Notes under the pieces: model-generated
Database searches by the model: none
The model's input: the letters and a program-made list of their open reading frames with translations, nothing else
What the model was told of the DNA's origin: nothing
Shown: positions 1 through 8,000 of the stretch, piece after piece
Position numbering within the stretch: position 1 is the stretch's first letter
Layout: the number at the start of each line of letters is the position of its first letter
Virus record (IMG/VR): IMGVR_UViG_3300006467_000276
Length of the DNA: 30,410 nucleotides
Reading direction: 5' to 3' (one strand)
Source of the DNA: an uncultured virus (IMG/VR IMGVR_UViG_3300006467_000276)
Taxonomy: Duplodnaviria; Heunggongvirae; Uroviricota; Caudoviricetes
Program-made: the position numbers and the translations under genes

Positions 1-2
1 AC

Positions 3-143
3 ACCGGCAGTATCGATTTTCTATCAGGTGTACTATCCACCGACTGCGAAGTGTTTCGATTCGTCAAGACGGCTGATGGTGTCGAAAAAATCAGAATCAA
101 AACCAATCCCTACACACAGGCAGTGCAGCAGAAAAAACGATAA
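3..143 (+). CDS. 3' end of a hypothetical protein truncated by the window start
   Basis: Frame 3 is open from the edge (TGSIDFLSGVLSTDCEVFRFVKTADGVEKIRIKTNPYTQAVQQKKR*), protein-like, and stops at TAA 141-143 just before the promoter. Confidence 0.5.
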   Translation, partial: TGSIDFLSGVLSTDCEVFRFVKTADGVEKIRIKTNPYTQAVQQKKR

Positions 144-156
144 AGTAGCAGCACAA

Positions 157-190
157 AAACGCTTGCAAGCGTTTGCAACGCTGCTACACT
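157..190 (+). promoter_or_regulatory. sigma70-like promoter with extended -10, overlapped by an 18-bp perfect palindrome
   Basis: -35 TTGCAA 163-168, 16-nt spacer, TG-n-TACACT 182-190; AAACGCTTGCAAGCGTTT (157-174) is its own reverse complement. Confidence 0.55.
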
Positions 191-266
191 GCACGCCGCA
201 CAGCAGCAAACACGCTGCACACAGCAACAACCTCAGCCCGGTGGCCCGGGTGCAACGGAGGCAGAA

Positions 267-494
267 ATGAGAAACATTGTGAATAGCGTATACCTCGTCT
301 ACCTGCGTGCGGTTCGACGCCGCGAGTTTAGCGCCATCCAGAGTCACTTTGCCCAGTTCAACTGGGCAACAAGTATTCATCTCATCCGCTACGACTGCCC
401 GTCGTGGAGAGTCTGCATTCACACGACGACTGGCCACCACCAGTGGTCAGTCGACTGCAGACACGGGGTGATTTCAGGATCGCCAGTCCGCTGA
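267..494 (+). CDS. hypothetical protein, 75 aa
   Basis: ATG preceded by a GGAGG Shine-Dalgarno; first ORF downstream of the promoter. Confidence 0.6.
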   Translation: MRNIVNSVYLVYLRAVRRREFSAIQSHFAQFNWATSIHLIRYDCPSWRVCIHTTTGHHQWSVDCRHGVISGSPVR

Positions 495-500
495 CACAGC

Positions 501-607
501 ACCCGTCGCCGCCCGCGTGGCTGCCGGTCTGCCCCGAGCCGGATCACAGCCACGCGGCACGTCGCGGCGTAATCGTTCCGCCCTGGCGTTGGCCAGCGGC
601 GGCGGGT
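501..607 (+). other. GC-rich structured intergenic element
   Basis: Inverted repeats CCGCGTGGCTG 513-523 / CAGCCACGCGG 547-557; hairpin 578-602; possible outer stem 501-512 / 596-607 with one G-U pair. Confidence 0.45.
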
Positions 608-644
608 CGGGCACTTTCTTCCACTCCTCAAGGAGACCTGGTCG

Positions 645-1295
645 ATGAAAACACTCGCATGGCACAATGACCCACAGCTCAAAGCCGACACAATGACTCA
701 ACTGCGAGCGCATCGCGATGCCGATGAGATCATCCAAGGCACGTATTTCGATGGTCACAAAGGCTGCCATCTCGGCTGCCTGACACACCTGGATTTAGCT
801 CCACACCAGGCTATTGCAGACAAATTCGGCTTCCCTTTACGAATCGCCTACTGGCTCGAAGCGATTTTCGAGGGGTTGCCAGCAGATCAGTGCGCGTCGT
901 GGGTGATCGATTCAACAGATGCCATCCCCATCGGTGCTGATCTGTCGCTCGCACATCACGAGTTCGCTGCCTGGCTGCTGGATCCTGCGACCGGCATCTT
1001 GGCGTCCCACAAACTGACAGATCGAGCCGTCGCTGGTGTGCGTGATTTGCATCTTCGAGCGTTGCGAAGCGAACCTGCCACTGACGACGAATGGTCGGCG
1101 GCGGATTCGGCGGCGGCATCGGCGGGGCGGCATCGGCGGGGTGGGCGGCGGCGGCATCGGCGGCGGCATCGGCGGCGGCATCGGCGGCGAGGTCGGCGGC
1201 GAGGTCGGCGGAATCGGCGGCGGAATCGGCGGCGAGGTCGGCGGAATCGGCGGCGGATTCGGCGGCGGCAACGCAGCAGCAACGCAGCAACCTAA
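645..1295 (+). CDS. phage hypothetical protein with Ala-rich (SAAxSA) repeat C-terminus, apparently frameshifted near 1125
   Basis: SD AAGGAG; protein-like N-terminus (GCHLGC). After EWSAADSAAASA the frame becomes poly-Arg while the SAARSAESAA repeat continues in the 1091-1555 frame. Confidence 0.65.
   Translation: MKTLAWHNDPQLKADTMTQLRAHRDADEIIQGTYFDGHKGCHLGCLTHLDLAPHQAIADKFGFPLRIAYWLEAIFEGLPADQCASWVIDSTDAIPIGADLSLAHHEFAAWLLDPATGILASHKLTDRAVAGVRDLHLRALRSEPATDDEWSAADSAAASAGRHRRGGRRRHRRRHRRRHRRRGRRRGRRNRRRNRRRGRRNRRRIRRRQRSSNAAT
1095..1270 (+). repeat. degenerate 9/12-bp tandem repeat (TCGGCGGCGGCA-type) encoding SAA(A/R/E/D)
   Basis: Directly visible repeated TCGGCG(GCG)NNN units. Confidence 0.9.
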
Positions 1296-1315
1296 ACAGG
1301 AGCACACACAACACA

Positions 1316-1555
1316 ATGAAACTTTCCACTGCCTACGAACTAGGTCGCAAAAACGGCGCGCTCGCAGCACAGCAAGCAGATACCAACGACGTAATAACCA
1401 ACAGCGAATGGATTACTGCTAGTCTCGGTATCATTCCACCAACCCCAGAGCACGAAGCCGCCTGGATAGCAGGCTGCCGAGCAGGCTACCGCTGGGCAAC
1501 CCAAATGCAAAAAGACCAAAGGCAGTACGAAAAGACAATCCGCATCCCAAGATAA
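1316..1555 (+). CDS. hypothetical protein, 79 aa (MKLSTAYELGRKNG...)
   Basis: ATG 1316 with upstream AGGAG; this is the protein-like C-terminal part of track ORF 1091..1555. Confidence 0.65.
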   Translation: MKLSTAYELGRKNGALAAQQADTNDVITNSEWITASLGIIPPTPEHEAAWIAGCRAGYRWATQMQKDQRQYEKTIRIPR

Positions 1556-1609
1556 ACTGAACTCGTACAGCAACTCCGCCCTACCTCAGTTTCACAAGGA
1601 ACCGTCTCA

Positions 1610-1882
1610 ATGCGTAAAACTCGCAAGTCTCCGCCCAAGAAATTCACAGCAACCAACAACCGATACGTGCCTCAATTTACCACAGTCGGAGATCCTACTC
1701 TACCTCCGGACACAATGATGAGAGCAGCTATTGAGTGTCTCAACATCTCGCCTCAACTGAGTAATCGAGAACTGCAAGAAGTGCTCAATGATGACGGTTA
1801 CGATGTCAGCGATAACTACCTAGGCACTTTAGCCTGGAAAGCTCGAGTGCGACTGGGTATCCGCCGAGAACGCTGTGCGTAA
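1610..1882 (+). CDS. small putative HTH DNA-binding protein
   Basis: SD AAGGA; PQLSNRELQEVLNDDGYDVS...RLGI pattern resembles an ArgR/RpoN-type HTH; basic termini. Confidence 0.55.
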   Translation: MRKTRKSPPKKFTATNNRYVPQFTTVGDPTLPPDTMMRAAIECLNISPQLSNRELQEVLNDDGYDVSDNYLGTLAWKARVRLGIRRERCA

Positions 1883-1922
1883 GATTCGGCAGTCTCCACT
1901 CTACCAAAGAAAAGGCTACCAC

Positions 1923-2015
1923 ATGACTCCTTGGATTTTGTGGCTCACTCCTGCTCTTGTTGTCCTTGGACTTATCGCTATTCTGTCAACTCCAAGCGAA
2001 CCCAGAAAGGACTAG
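1923..2015 (+). CDS. 30-aa single-TM peptide (MTPWILWLTPALVVLGLIAILSTPSEPRKD)
   Basis: Hand-translated; fills the gap, and its TAG directly abuts ATG 2016; one hydrophobic helix. Confidence 0.55.
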   Translation: MTPWILWLTPALVVLGLIAILSTPSEPRKD

Positions 2016-2642
2016 ATGAAACAGCACCAATTCAAAACACACAGCGAGTACCTCAGAGCACAACGGCGCCTGACAAAGAAAAAGATCACCAACGACCCGA
2101 ATCAACACTTTGTCAGCTCTGAAGTGATTGATTTCATTCTCGAAAAGACACCTCCAGGAGATGAATACTTCGAGCGAAAGGGATTGTGCCACGGAGTACG
2201 GAATGGAGTCGAGCTTGCTTTATTCAGCAACAAAGCTCCACCGAATTGGGTCTGGATCGGATCAGAAATCTACCAACCGCTCTGCGACGGCAACCTGGTC
2301 GTCTGCCACGACTTCAACAAACCCAAAGATGAGTGGTTCGGGAAATTCCATCTGATCTACTCTAACTCACTCGACCATGCCCGAGACCCTCAGTCCACTG
2401 CTAAAATCTGGATGGATCAGTTGAGGCCGTCTGGGCAGTGCTGGATCGAGTGGACTCAGTGGCACAACAAACTCGGTGCCCGAGGCAACCGAGCTGACTG
2501 CTTCGCCGGTACCGTCGAAGAATACTGTGCTCTTTTTGAGCCAGTCTCCGCCTCAATCCAGACGTATGAACTGCAAACACAACATCCAAGAAAACCAAAA
2601 GAAAAGGTACAGCGAGTCTTGATCTGCTGCACCCCTCTGTGA
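2016..2642 (+). CDS. putative class I SAM-dependent methyltransferase
   Basis: GLCHGVRNG-x-E motif-I-like segment, IGSEI, FHLIYSNSLDHARDP, LRPSG. Confidence 0.6.
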   Translation: MKQHQFKTHSEYLRAQRRLTKKKITNDPNQHFVSSEVIDFILEKTPPGDEYFERKGLCHGVRNGVELALFSNKAPPNWVWIGSEIYQPLCDGNLVVCHDFNKPKDEWFGKFHLIYSNSLDHARDPQSTAKIWMDQLRPSGQCWIEWTQWHNKLGARGNRADCFAGTVEEYCALFEPVSASIQTYELQTQHPRKPKEKVQRVLICCTPL

Positions 2643-2648
2643 GGAGCC

Positions 2649-2849
2649 TTGATGTCTAGATACGGACCCTTCAAGCAGCCGGACCTGACAATCACTGTCT
2701 GGTACAACTGCCGAGGTGCTCGCAAATCAAAAGCATTCACCGAGCACGGCAAGGCCCGAAGATTCTTCAGCGCAAAGCTGAAAGGCGGCCACGATCCGAA
2801 ACTGGAAGTCGAACCTTCTGGAAACCGCCCTGCTGCCGCATCCACTTAA
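2649..2849 (+). CDS. small basic hypothetical protein
   Basis: SD GAGGAG upstream (ATG at 2652 also possible); last gene of the + block. Confidence 0.55.
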   Translation: MMSRYGPFKQPDLTITVWYNCRGARKSKAFTEHGKARRFFSAKLKGGHDPKLEVEPSGNRPAAAST

Positions 2850-3012
2850 ACAGATTGTGGATAGGCTGACCGGCAAACTTACGAACCACCGGAGCCGTCT
2901 TTACGATGACTCCGGTGGTTCTGTTTGATTCTACCTGAACTGTCATCCGTCGGGACGATACCCACCAAACCACAGTCTCAGGCCGTCGGTTCAGCTGGCT
3001 CCCTGCTTCCAT
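2767..3012 (-). CDS. hypothetical protein (TAPVVRKFAGQPIHNL)
   Basis: ATG 3012 overlapping the upstream gene end; protein-like; last gene of the - block. Confidence 0.55.
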   Translation of the reverse strand: MEAGSQLNRRPETVVWWVSSRRMTVQVESNRTTGVIVKTAPVVRKFAGQPIHNLFKWMRQQGGFQKVRLPVSDRGRLSALR

Positions 3013-3241
3013 TGCCGCCTTCTTTGTTCTGCCGCAAAGCAGCTCGTCCACCAAACCAAAATGCGGTAAACGTCGTCACCAGCGGCTCAAGAGCGTTGAC
3101 TGCATCTGTGTTATGCACCAGCGCTGCTGCACAGTACGAGCCTACCACCATCCACAACACAATCGGTCGAGTGAGCTGCTTGATCGGATCCGTCATTTTG
3201 TCTGCCAGTTCTCTTAAAATCGCAAAACCAATGTCAATCAC
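2978..3241 (-). CDS. small membrane protein, holin-like (GTA 3TM-type C-terminal motif)
   Basis: Two hydrophobic segments, TRPIV and FWFGGR motifs, charged tail. Confidence 0.45.
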   Translation of the reverse strand: MIDIGFAILRELADKMTDPIKQLTRPIVLWMVVGSYCAAALVHNTDAVNALEPLVTTFTAFWFGGRAALRQNKEGGNGSREPAEPTA

Positions 3242-3566
3242 GTGCGTCAGGGATCCATGCTGAATGCCAAGATCCCGTCAGAAACCGACTTGTCAGTGGT
3301 TGGAACGTCTGGGATTGAATGCCTTCCATCTCTCCTGGTGAGACAATCCTTTCTGGATTGTCTTTTGGATTCCACAAATCCAAACCAGCTCGATACCGAG
3401 CATGATACCACAGCACTCTCCCGAACGTTCCGCGCTTATAGGGACACGGTGCACACGGGTCGATCTCTGCGCGCTGAACTACCTGCTGCCATTCAGGTCG
3501 CCGCAGGCACTCATTCTGAGAAACATGATGCCCAGGGCCGAGTAGCTCAAACAACACCTGAGCCAT
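3234..3566 (-). CDS. hypothetical protein (start uncertain)
   Basis: Protein-like 3' part of track ORF 3234..3764 from ATG 3566; RYRAGLDLWNPKD motif. Confidence 0.5.
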   Translation of the reverse strand: MAQVLFELLGPGHHVSQNECLRRPEWQQVVQRAEIDPCAPCPYKRGTFGRVLWYHARYRAGLDLWNPKDNPERIVSPGEMEGIQSQTFQPLTSRFLTGSWHSAWIPDARD

Positions 3567-3687
3567 AGATCTACCTAAGAGATCCTGGACTTTGGACTCC
3601 GAAAAAAGCCTAGATGTAGTAACTTCCTCTACGCACACGAGCCAGCAGTCTCCGTCAAAGAAATCAGTGCATCTTCGCAGCAAATCA

Positions 3688-3843
3688 CTACCAGGTAGTC
3701 CACCACTGCGGCGTCTCCCACGCCCCTGCAACCAAGACATACCGGTAGAAAAAAGAAATCGCAACAGCCTGCATCCACACCGAAAGAGCGCAGATCGCCA
3801 AAATCTCGGAACAGATCAATCCAATCATCTCAAACGATTTCAT
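3688..3843 (-). CDS. 51-aa hydrophobic membrane protein
   Basis: Hand-translated MKSFEMIGLICSEILAICALSVWMQAVAISFFYRYVLVAGAWETPQWWTTW; ATGA overlap with the upstream stop at 3840-3843. Confidence 0.5.
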   Translation of the reverse strand: MKSFEMIGLICSEILAICALSVWMQAVAISFFYRYVLVAGAWETPQWWTTW

Positions 3844-4112
3844 GGGTCTTGTCTTTCTCTCTGGGTCTGCAGTTCAATTGCTCGAGTTACTGCATCTCGA
3901 GCTTCTACCAAGTCGTCGCAAGCGGAACCTTTCCCTCTCAATCCTGCACACAGCAGCTTCTTGACAGCGTGCTGAATCGCAGGGCAAGCAACTTGGTAGG
4001 CTTCAAGCACATTGTACACATCGACTACCACAGACCCAAGAGAATCTGGATGGACAGATTGGATTTCTCTGTGGTACTTGTTTCCTGTGTGCTCTTTCTT
4101 CGTATCCGTCAT
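3840..4112 (-). CDS. conserved phage protein, DUF3310/T7 gp1.7-like (possible nucleotide kinase)
   Basis: DVYNVLEAY...CPAIQHAVKKLLCAGLRG...DLVEA pattern; ATGA-coupled to thyX. Confidence 0.55.
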   Translation of the reverse strand: MTDTKKEHTGNKYHREIQSVHPDSLGSVVVDVYNVLEAYQVACPAIQHAVKKLLCAGLRGKGSACDDLVEARDAVTRAIELQTQRERQDP

Positions 4113-5092
4113 TCCGTCACCAATTCTAGACTGACCAGTTTACTGAGACACTCATCTCGTTCACGCGAACGATCACCGCCCCAGCCCTTGATGTTCGCCT
4201 TGAGAATCCTCTCTGCGTCCTGATGGGTGCAAGGAAGCTCAACACAGCTCGCCATCGCTGCTACTGCTTTCTTGTCTAATCTCGACAAAAACGTCCCGTG
4301 GAGCCGGTAGTCTTCGAAAGCCTCCCAGACAATCGGAAACAGCGGCTTAACAATCTGCTCACCGATCGTTGTTGCATAGTCCCGGATCTCTTTCTGGGCG
4401 TGCGAGTCCATTCGCAGCCCGAGAAAATGGAGCAGATTGTGCAGATCAATCTTCCAGTAGGCTTCGGTGTACGTTGACAGCGGCAAGTCTTTTCTAGCTT
4501 GCTCTTTGGCGACCCCAAGCTCAAGACGTGATCGATACACCTTCGCCGCCGCCTCATGCAATAGAGTCTCTTCAGAACTCAAAAACTCTCCTGGACTGAG
4601 TGCCTGGTCATCATCTCCATATCCAATAGAAAAGGCAGCCAGATCATCTGGGAGTGCGTCGGCGTCCTGCCACCCATCTCCTAGAACACCGGAACTCCCT
4701 TGTTTGTTGCCGGTTGACTGCTTTCTCCATTGATCAAGAGGCGTTTTCTGCTGACTGTCAATCGCCTCAGTGTATCGAGTCGAGTATTCGTTGACGTTCG
4801 CGGTGCGATGCCGAATCCACTGCCGCCAGCAATCCATCGGCACACGAACCAGCAACTTAACTTCAGCCATCTCAAACGGAGTGGTGTGCCGATGCCGCAT
4901 CAGATACCGAATGAGATGCCTATCTCCACGAACAGTCTCTTCTGCCGAAGTTTCTTCCCGTTGATCATTGCCATAACTCACCCGCGCTGCCTGGACAACC
5001 GATGCATCATCGCCCATCACGTCAACCAGGCACACAAATCCATCGTCCAAGACAGGAAACTTTTTCCACTGAAGTTCTTTCAATCCACTCAC
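4109..5092 (-). CDS. thyX: FAD-dependent thymidylate synthase
   Basis: AARVSY, HTTPFE, RQWIRHRTANVNEYSTRY (ThyX motif), AKEQARKDLP, LR...HAQKEIR. Confidence 0.97.
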   Translation of the reverse strand: MSGLKELQWKKFPVLDDGFVCLVDVMGDDASVVQAARVSYGNDQREETSAEETVRGDRHLIRYLMRHRHTTPFEMAEVKLLVRVPMDCWRQWIRHRTANVNEYSTRYTEAIDSQQKTPLDQWRKQSTGNKQGSSGVLGDGWQDADALPDDLAAFSIGYGDDDQALSPGEFLSSEETLLHEAAAKVYRSRLELGVAKEQARKDLPLSTYTEAYWKIDLHNLLHFLGLRMDSHAQKEIRDYATTIGEQIVKPLFPIVWEAFEDYRLHGTFLSRLDKKAVAAMASCVELPCTHQDAERILKANIKGWGGDRSRERDECLSKLVSLELVTE

Positions 5093-5661
5093 GACTCATC
5101 TCCGATCGTAACCACGGAACCGCATTTCAGTTCCTGAATATGAGTGACCATGATGAACTGAACTCCCAATTCATCAGCCAACTGCAGAATCAAAGCCCGC
5201 AACCGAGGTCGATACTCAGCAGAAACGAACCGAAACGGTTCGTCAAGAATCAAGATACGACGCAGCGGCGGCCGCACCAGCATCAAACACGACAACCTGA
5301 GGGCAAACGCAGCAACATCGACAACCCCGCCGCCAGCTGAACCCAGCGGATCAAGTTCCATTCCATCACGAACGAATACAAGTCTTGCCTCAGTCTTACC
5401 CCGCTTCTGTTCAAACACAATCCGAAACTCATACGGGTCGTCAAAAATGGTTTCTAAGCACCTAGAAACCAAATCTGCGATACGGTGGTGGGCTTCCTGC
5501 TGAACTGCTTGGGCGGCTGACTGCAGCACCATCTGCGCCATTTCTGCGGCTGCTACTGAATCAGCCGCGTCAATGAGCTCCTGCCTGGAAGCTCGTAAAC
5601 GATCGTCAGCCGACCTCTTCTTTGCGAGAAGTTCATTGAGTTTTGAACGGTACTCAGTCAT
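5089..5661 (-). CDS. SbcC/Rad50-like ABC ATPase, C-terminal half
   Basis: Signature-like SAGGG, Walker B ILDEPF, H-loop MVTH, N-terminal coiled coil, no Walker A; start placed at ATG 5661. Confidence 0.85.
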   Translation of the reverse strand: MTEYRSKLNELLAKKRSADDRLRASRQELIDAADSVAAAEMAQMVLQSAAQAVQQEAHHRIADLVSRCLETIFDDPYEFRIVFEQKRGKTEARLVFVRDGMELDPLGSAGGGVVDVAAFALRLSCLMLVRPPLRRILILDEPFRFVSAEYRPRLRALILQLADELGVQFIMVTHIQELKCGSVVTIGDES

Positions 5662-5908
5662 CCAGAAGATCTCCATATTTCTCCCGAAACTCATCCATGA
5701 GTTCAGTGTACTGCTGTTCCGATGACTCTGCTTTGCCTTTCAGTTCCTCGAGCAAAGCTTCAGCCTCTTCGACAGAATCGCACTCAAACTCTTCTTTGAG
5801 CTTTGCCAAGTGCGTCTGCAAAACCCCTTTGGCTTCAGAGACCTCTTGCTGCAGGCTCTCAACCTTCTTCTTGATTCTCTGAAACTCTTCAACCGTCACT
5901 GCCATCAT
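5654..5908 (-). CDS. 84-aa coiled-coil protein (possible third SbcC piece)
   Basis: Heptad-rich E/K/L composition; overlaps the start of the SbcC-C gene. Confidence 0.7.
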   Translation of the reverse strand: MMAVTVEEFQRIKKKVESLQQEVSEAKGVLQTHLAKLKEEFECDSVEEAEALLEELKGKAESSEQQYTELMDEFREKYGDLLDD

Positions 5909-6110
5909 TCATCTCCTTGATGATTTTGTATGTCCTTCTCCACCCCAACCTGCGAGCCATACTCAGAACAACTCTCGGTTCTGGGTTATCGTTGAACATC
6001 ACATCATCGATAATCTTGTCGTCCCAGCCTTCGATTCGCATAAACCCAACCACTTTGGTACGGGTTTGCCAGATTTCATCCATGTCAGGGATATACGTGT
6101 CGAAGCTCAT
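5889..6110 (-). CDS. hypothetical protein, 73 aa
   Basis: ATGA overlap with the nuclease stop; tiles the operon. Confidence 0.65.
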   Translation of the reverse strand: MSFDTYIPDMDEIWQTRTKVVGFMRIEGWDDKIIDDVMFNDNPEPRVVLSMARRLGWRRTYKIIKEMNDGSDG

Positions 6111-7084
6111 CCAAGAATGTCCTGCCCTAAGTCCTCAAGCACCAACTCACGAACTCTGCTTGGATACTTACCTACGTCCAAGACACGATCAACCGCACCC
6201 CTAAAATCAAGAGAGTCTTGTCCAGTCGACTGCAAAGCCTTGAGAAACTCTTCTGAGTCGATGTCTACCGAATCCAGATATTCGATATCTGCTAAATCGG
6301 ACTCCGCCAAGAATTTGTCCTGTGACGTGTCGAGATAATGAACACGAATCGATCCATCAGCCATCAGCAAACCTACGTGAGGCTGATAATCTACCTCATC
6401 GATCTTTCTTCGCATTAAACCGCCGCAATTCATAATCTGGCAACGATCCGTGCTCTTAACCACAAACCCCTTGTGATTATCTCCGTAGAATGCAGCATCA
6501 TAGTTCTGAAGAGACTTCAGATAAGAACTGGCTACCTTGTTCTCATCCGCTCCAGGGTAACTCTTCCCTTCTATCCAGATATACGAATGCACAATGGCTA
6601 CACTGATCTGACCTCTGGTGACCAGTTCCGGTTCATCGATTGAGCATTCCCAAGGGACGCCGAACACACGCACAGAAGGTCCAATCCCAATCGGTTCGGA
6701 ATGACAAACATTCTGAACCACTTTCGCCGCTACCAACGACCAATACGCCGATCGATGGATTTGCTCGAGGTCATGGTTCGGTAGATCGTGCTGCCCAGGA
6801 ATTGCGTACACCGCAGGGAATTCTCCGAAAACCTCGATAGCAAAATTGATCAGTTCCGGTGGACTGTTCCAACGATCAAAGACATCTCCGGCGATGAGCA
6901 GAGGGCACCAGTGCTTCTTGCAGATTTCCTGCAACTTTTTGAGCGGACGGTGCATTGCCGCGTACCAATCCGGCTCCGCTGATCGTGCCACCGGCGGTTT
7001 ATGCGACAAATGCACATCTGAGCACACCACAGCTACCACGTCACCGTCTGGGTTCCTGGCTCTATCTGCCACAACCATCTCCAA
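6107..7084 (-). CDS. sbcD: SbcD/Mre11-like metallophosphoesterase nuclease
   Basis: SDVH, AGDVFD, PGQHD, IVH, GDNH motifs; located between the SbcC halves. Confidence 0.88.
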   Translation of the reverse strand: MEMVVADRARNPDGDVVAVVCSDVHLSHKPPVARSAEPDWYAAMHRPLKKLQEICKKHWCPLLIAGDVFDRWNSPPELINFAIEVFGEFPAVYAIPGQHDLPNHDLEQIHRSAYWSLVAAKVVQNVCHSEPIGIGPSVRVFGVPWECSIDEPELVTRGQISVAIVHSYIWIEGKSYPGADENKVASSYLKSLQNYDAAFYGDNHKGFVVKSTDRCQIMNCGGLMRRKIDEVDYQPHVGLLMADGSIRVHYLDTSQDKFLAESDLADIEYLDSVDIDSEEFLKALQSTGQDSLDFRGAVDRVLDVGKYPSRVRELVLEDLGQDILG

Positions 7085-7087
7085 TTC

Positions 7088-7732
7088 TTACAAGGGCCAA
7101 GATTGACCATAGCCGACTTCTGTAGCGGTGCACACCTCACCGTCTTCATTCAGCAATTTCTGGAAGTCCGAAATGCTGATCCGGAAATCACCGACATCGC
7201 CCCACTTTGCACCCCAAGAATTTCTTGCAAAGAAAAACCCATCTTTGAGATTCACCCCAAAAACCGTGACCGCGTGCCCTCCCATCAAACTCCCGTGGGC
7301 ATGTACAAATCCAGACGAATCTGTCTGCATCATACCAAAGTACCAATTCGCTCCCAAGATGACCGGACCCTTTTCGAGAATCCAGTGAGCTGCTGTCTGA
7401 GCATTTGTCGTGAATCGATACTCTTTGGCATGTCCTGTCAACTTGAGGACTTTCATCGCTCCACGAATCGACGTCCCGTCGTACTGAGTACCTTCCCACT
7501 CATCGTAGTTCTTAGCCAATTCATAGATACCATTGGGATGCATCGGCCTCTGACGAATTGGTTCTGCATCCAGCCAATGGTACGCAGCGTACCCTACACA
7601 CGCAGGCGAAGTCTCTTGGTTCATCGGCCTGCCGACTCGCCATCTTCTGGCCCATCGATGAGTGCTCAAGACAGGAAGACTGTAGTCTCTATCATCTCTC
7701 GCATAGTACCGCTCAAATCGAATCGTGCTCAT
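7088..7732 (-). CDS. papain-family (C1A) cysteine peptidase
   Basis: NQETSPAC (oxyanion Q, catalytic C), GGHAV (H), RNSWG (N). Confidence 0.88.
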   Translation of the reverse strand: MSTIRFERYYARDDRDYSLPVLSTHRWARRWRVGRPMNQETSPACVGYAAYHWLDAEPIRQRPMHPNGIYELAKNYDEWEGTQYDGTSIRGAMKVLKLTGHAKEYRFTTNAQTAAHWILEKGPVILGANWYFGMMQTDSSGFVHAHGSLMGGHAVTVFGVNLKDGFFFARNSWGAKWGDVGDFRISISDFQKLLNEDGEVCTATEVGYGQSWPL

Positions 7733-8000
7733 CGCAAACTCTACTTTCTTCTGGTCTTCCTAATCTCAAGTAATCCTCGAGATAGTGGTATCGATTCGTT
7801 GGCTCAAGTACCATCTCAATGATTCTATCAATGCCTATCTGAAATGACGGCGCTTTCAATTCATAGGCAACGTACGTCCGGCAATTAGGCAGAACTCGAG
7901 ACTGCTGCCATTCAGGAGACGACCAAATTTCGGCACGAAGAATCGCATGAGTTTTTGTGTCACAAATCACAATCAAGTACGCACTAACCACCACCGCCAA
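7713..8000 (-). CDS. hypothetical protein, 95 aa
   Basis: Tiles between SbcC-N and the peptidase with short overlaps. Confidence 0.6.
   Translation of the reverse strand: MAVVVSAYLIVICDTKTHAILRAEIWSSPEWQQSRVLPNCRTYVAYELKAPSFQIGIDRIIEMVLEPTNRYHYLEDYLRLGRPEESRVCDEHDSI

Noticed and set aside
28..270. 80-aa + ORF and antisense ORF 33..440
   Set aside because: They span the promoter and low-complexity leader; frame 3 (3..143) is more protein-like
811..1422. Poly-Pro, poly-Arg and poly-Gly ORFs in other frames and strands
   Set aside because: By-products of the stop-free GGC/GCG repeat
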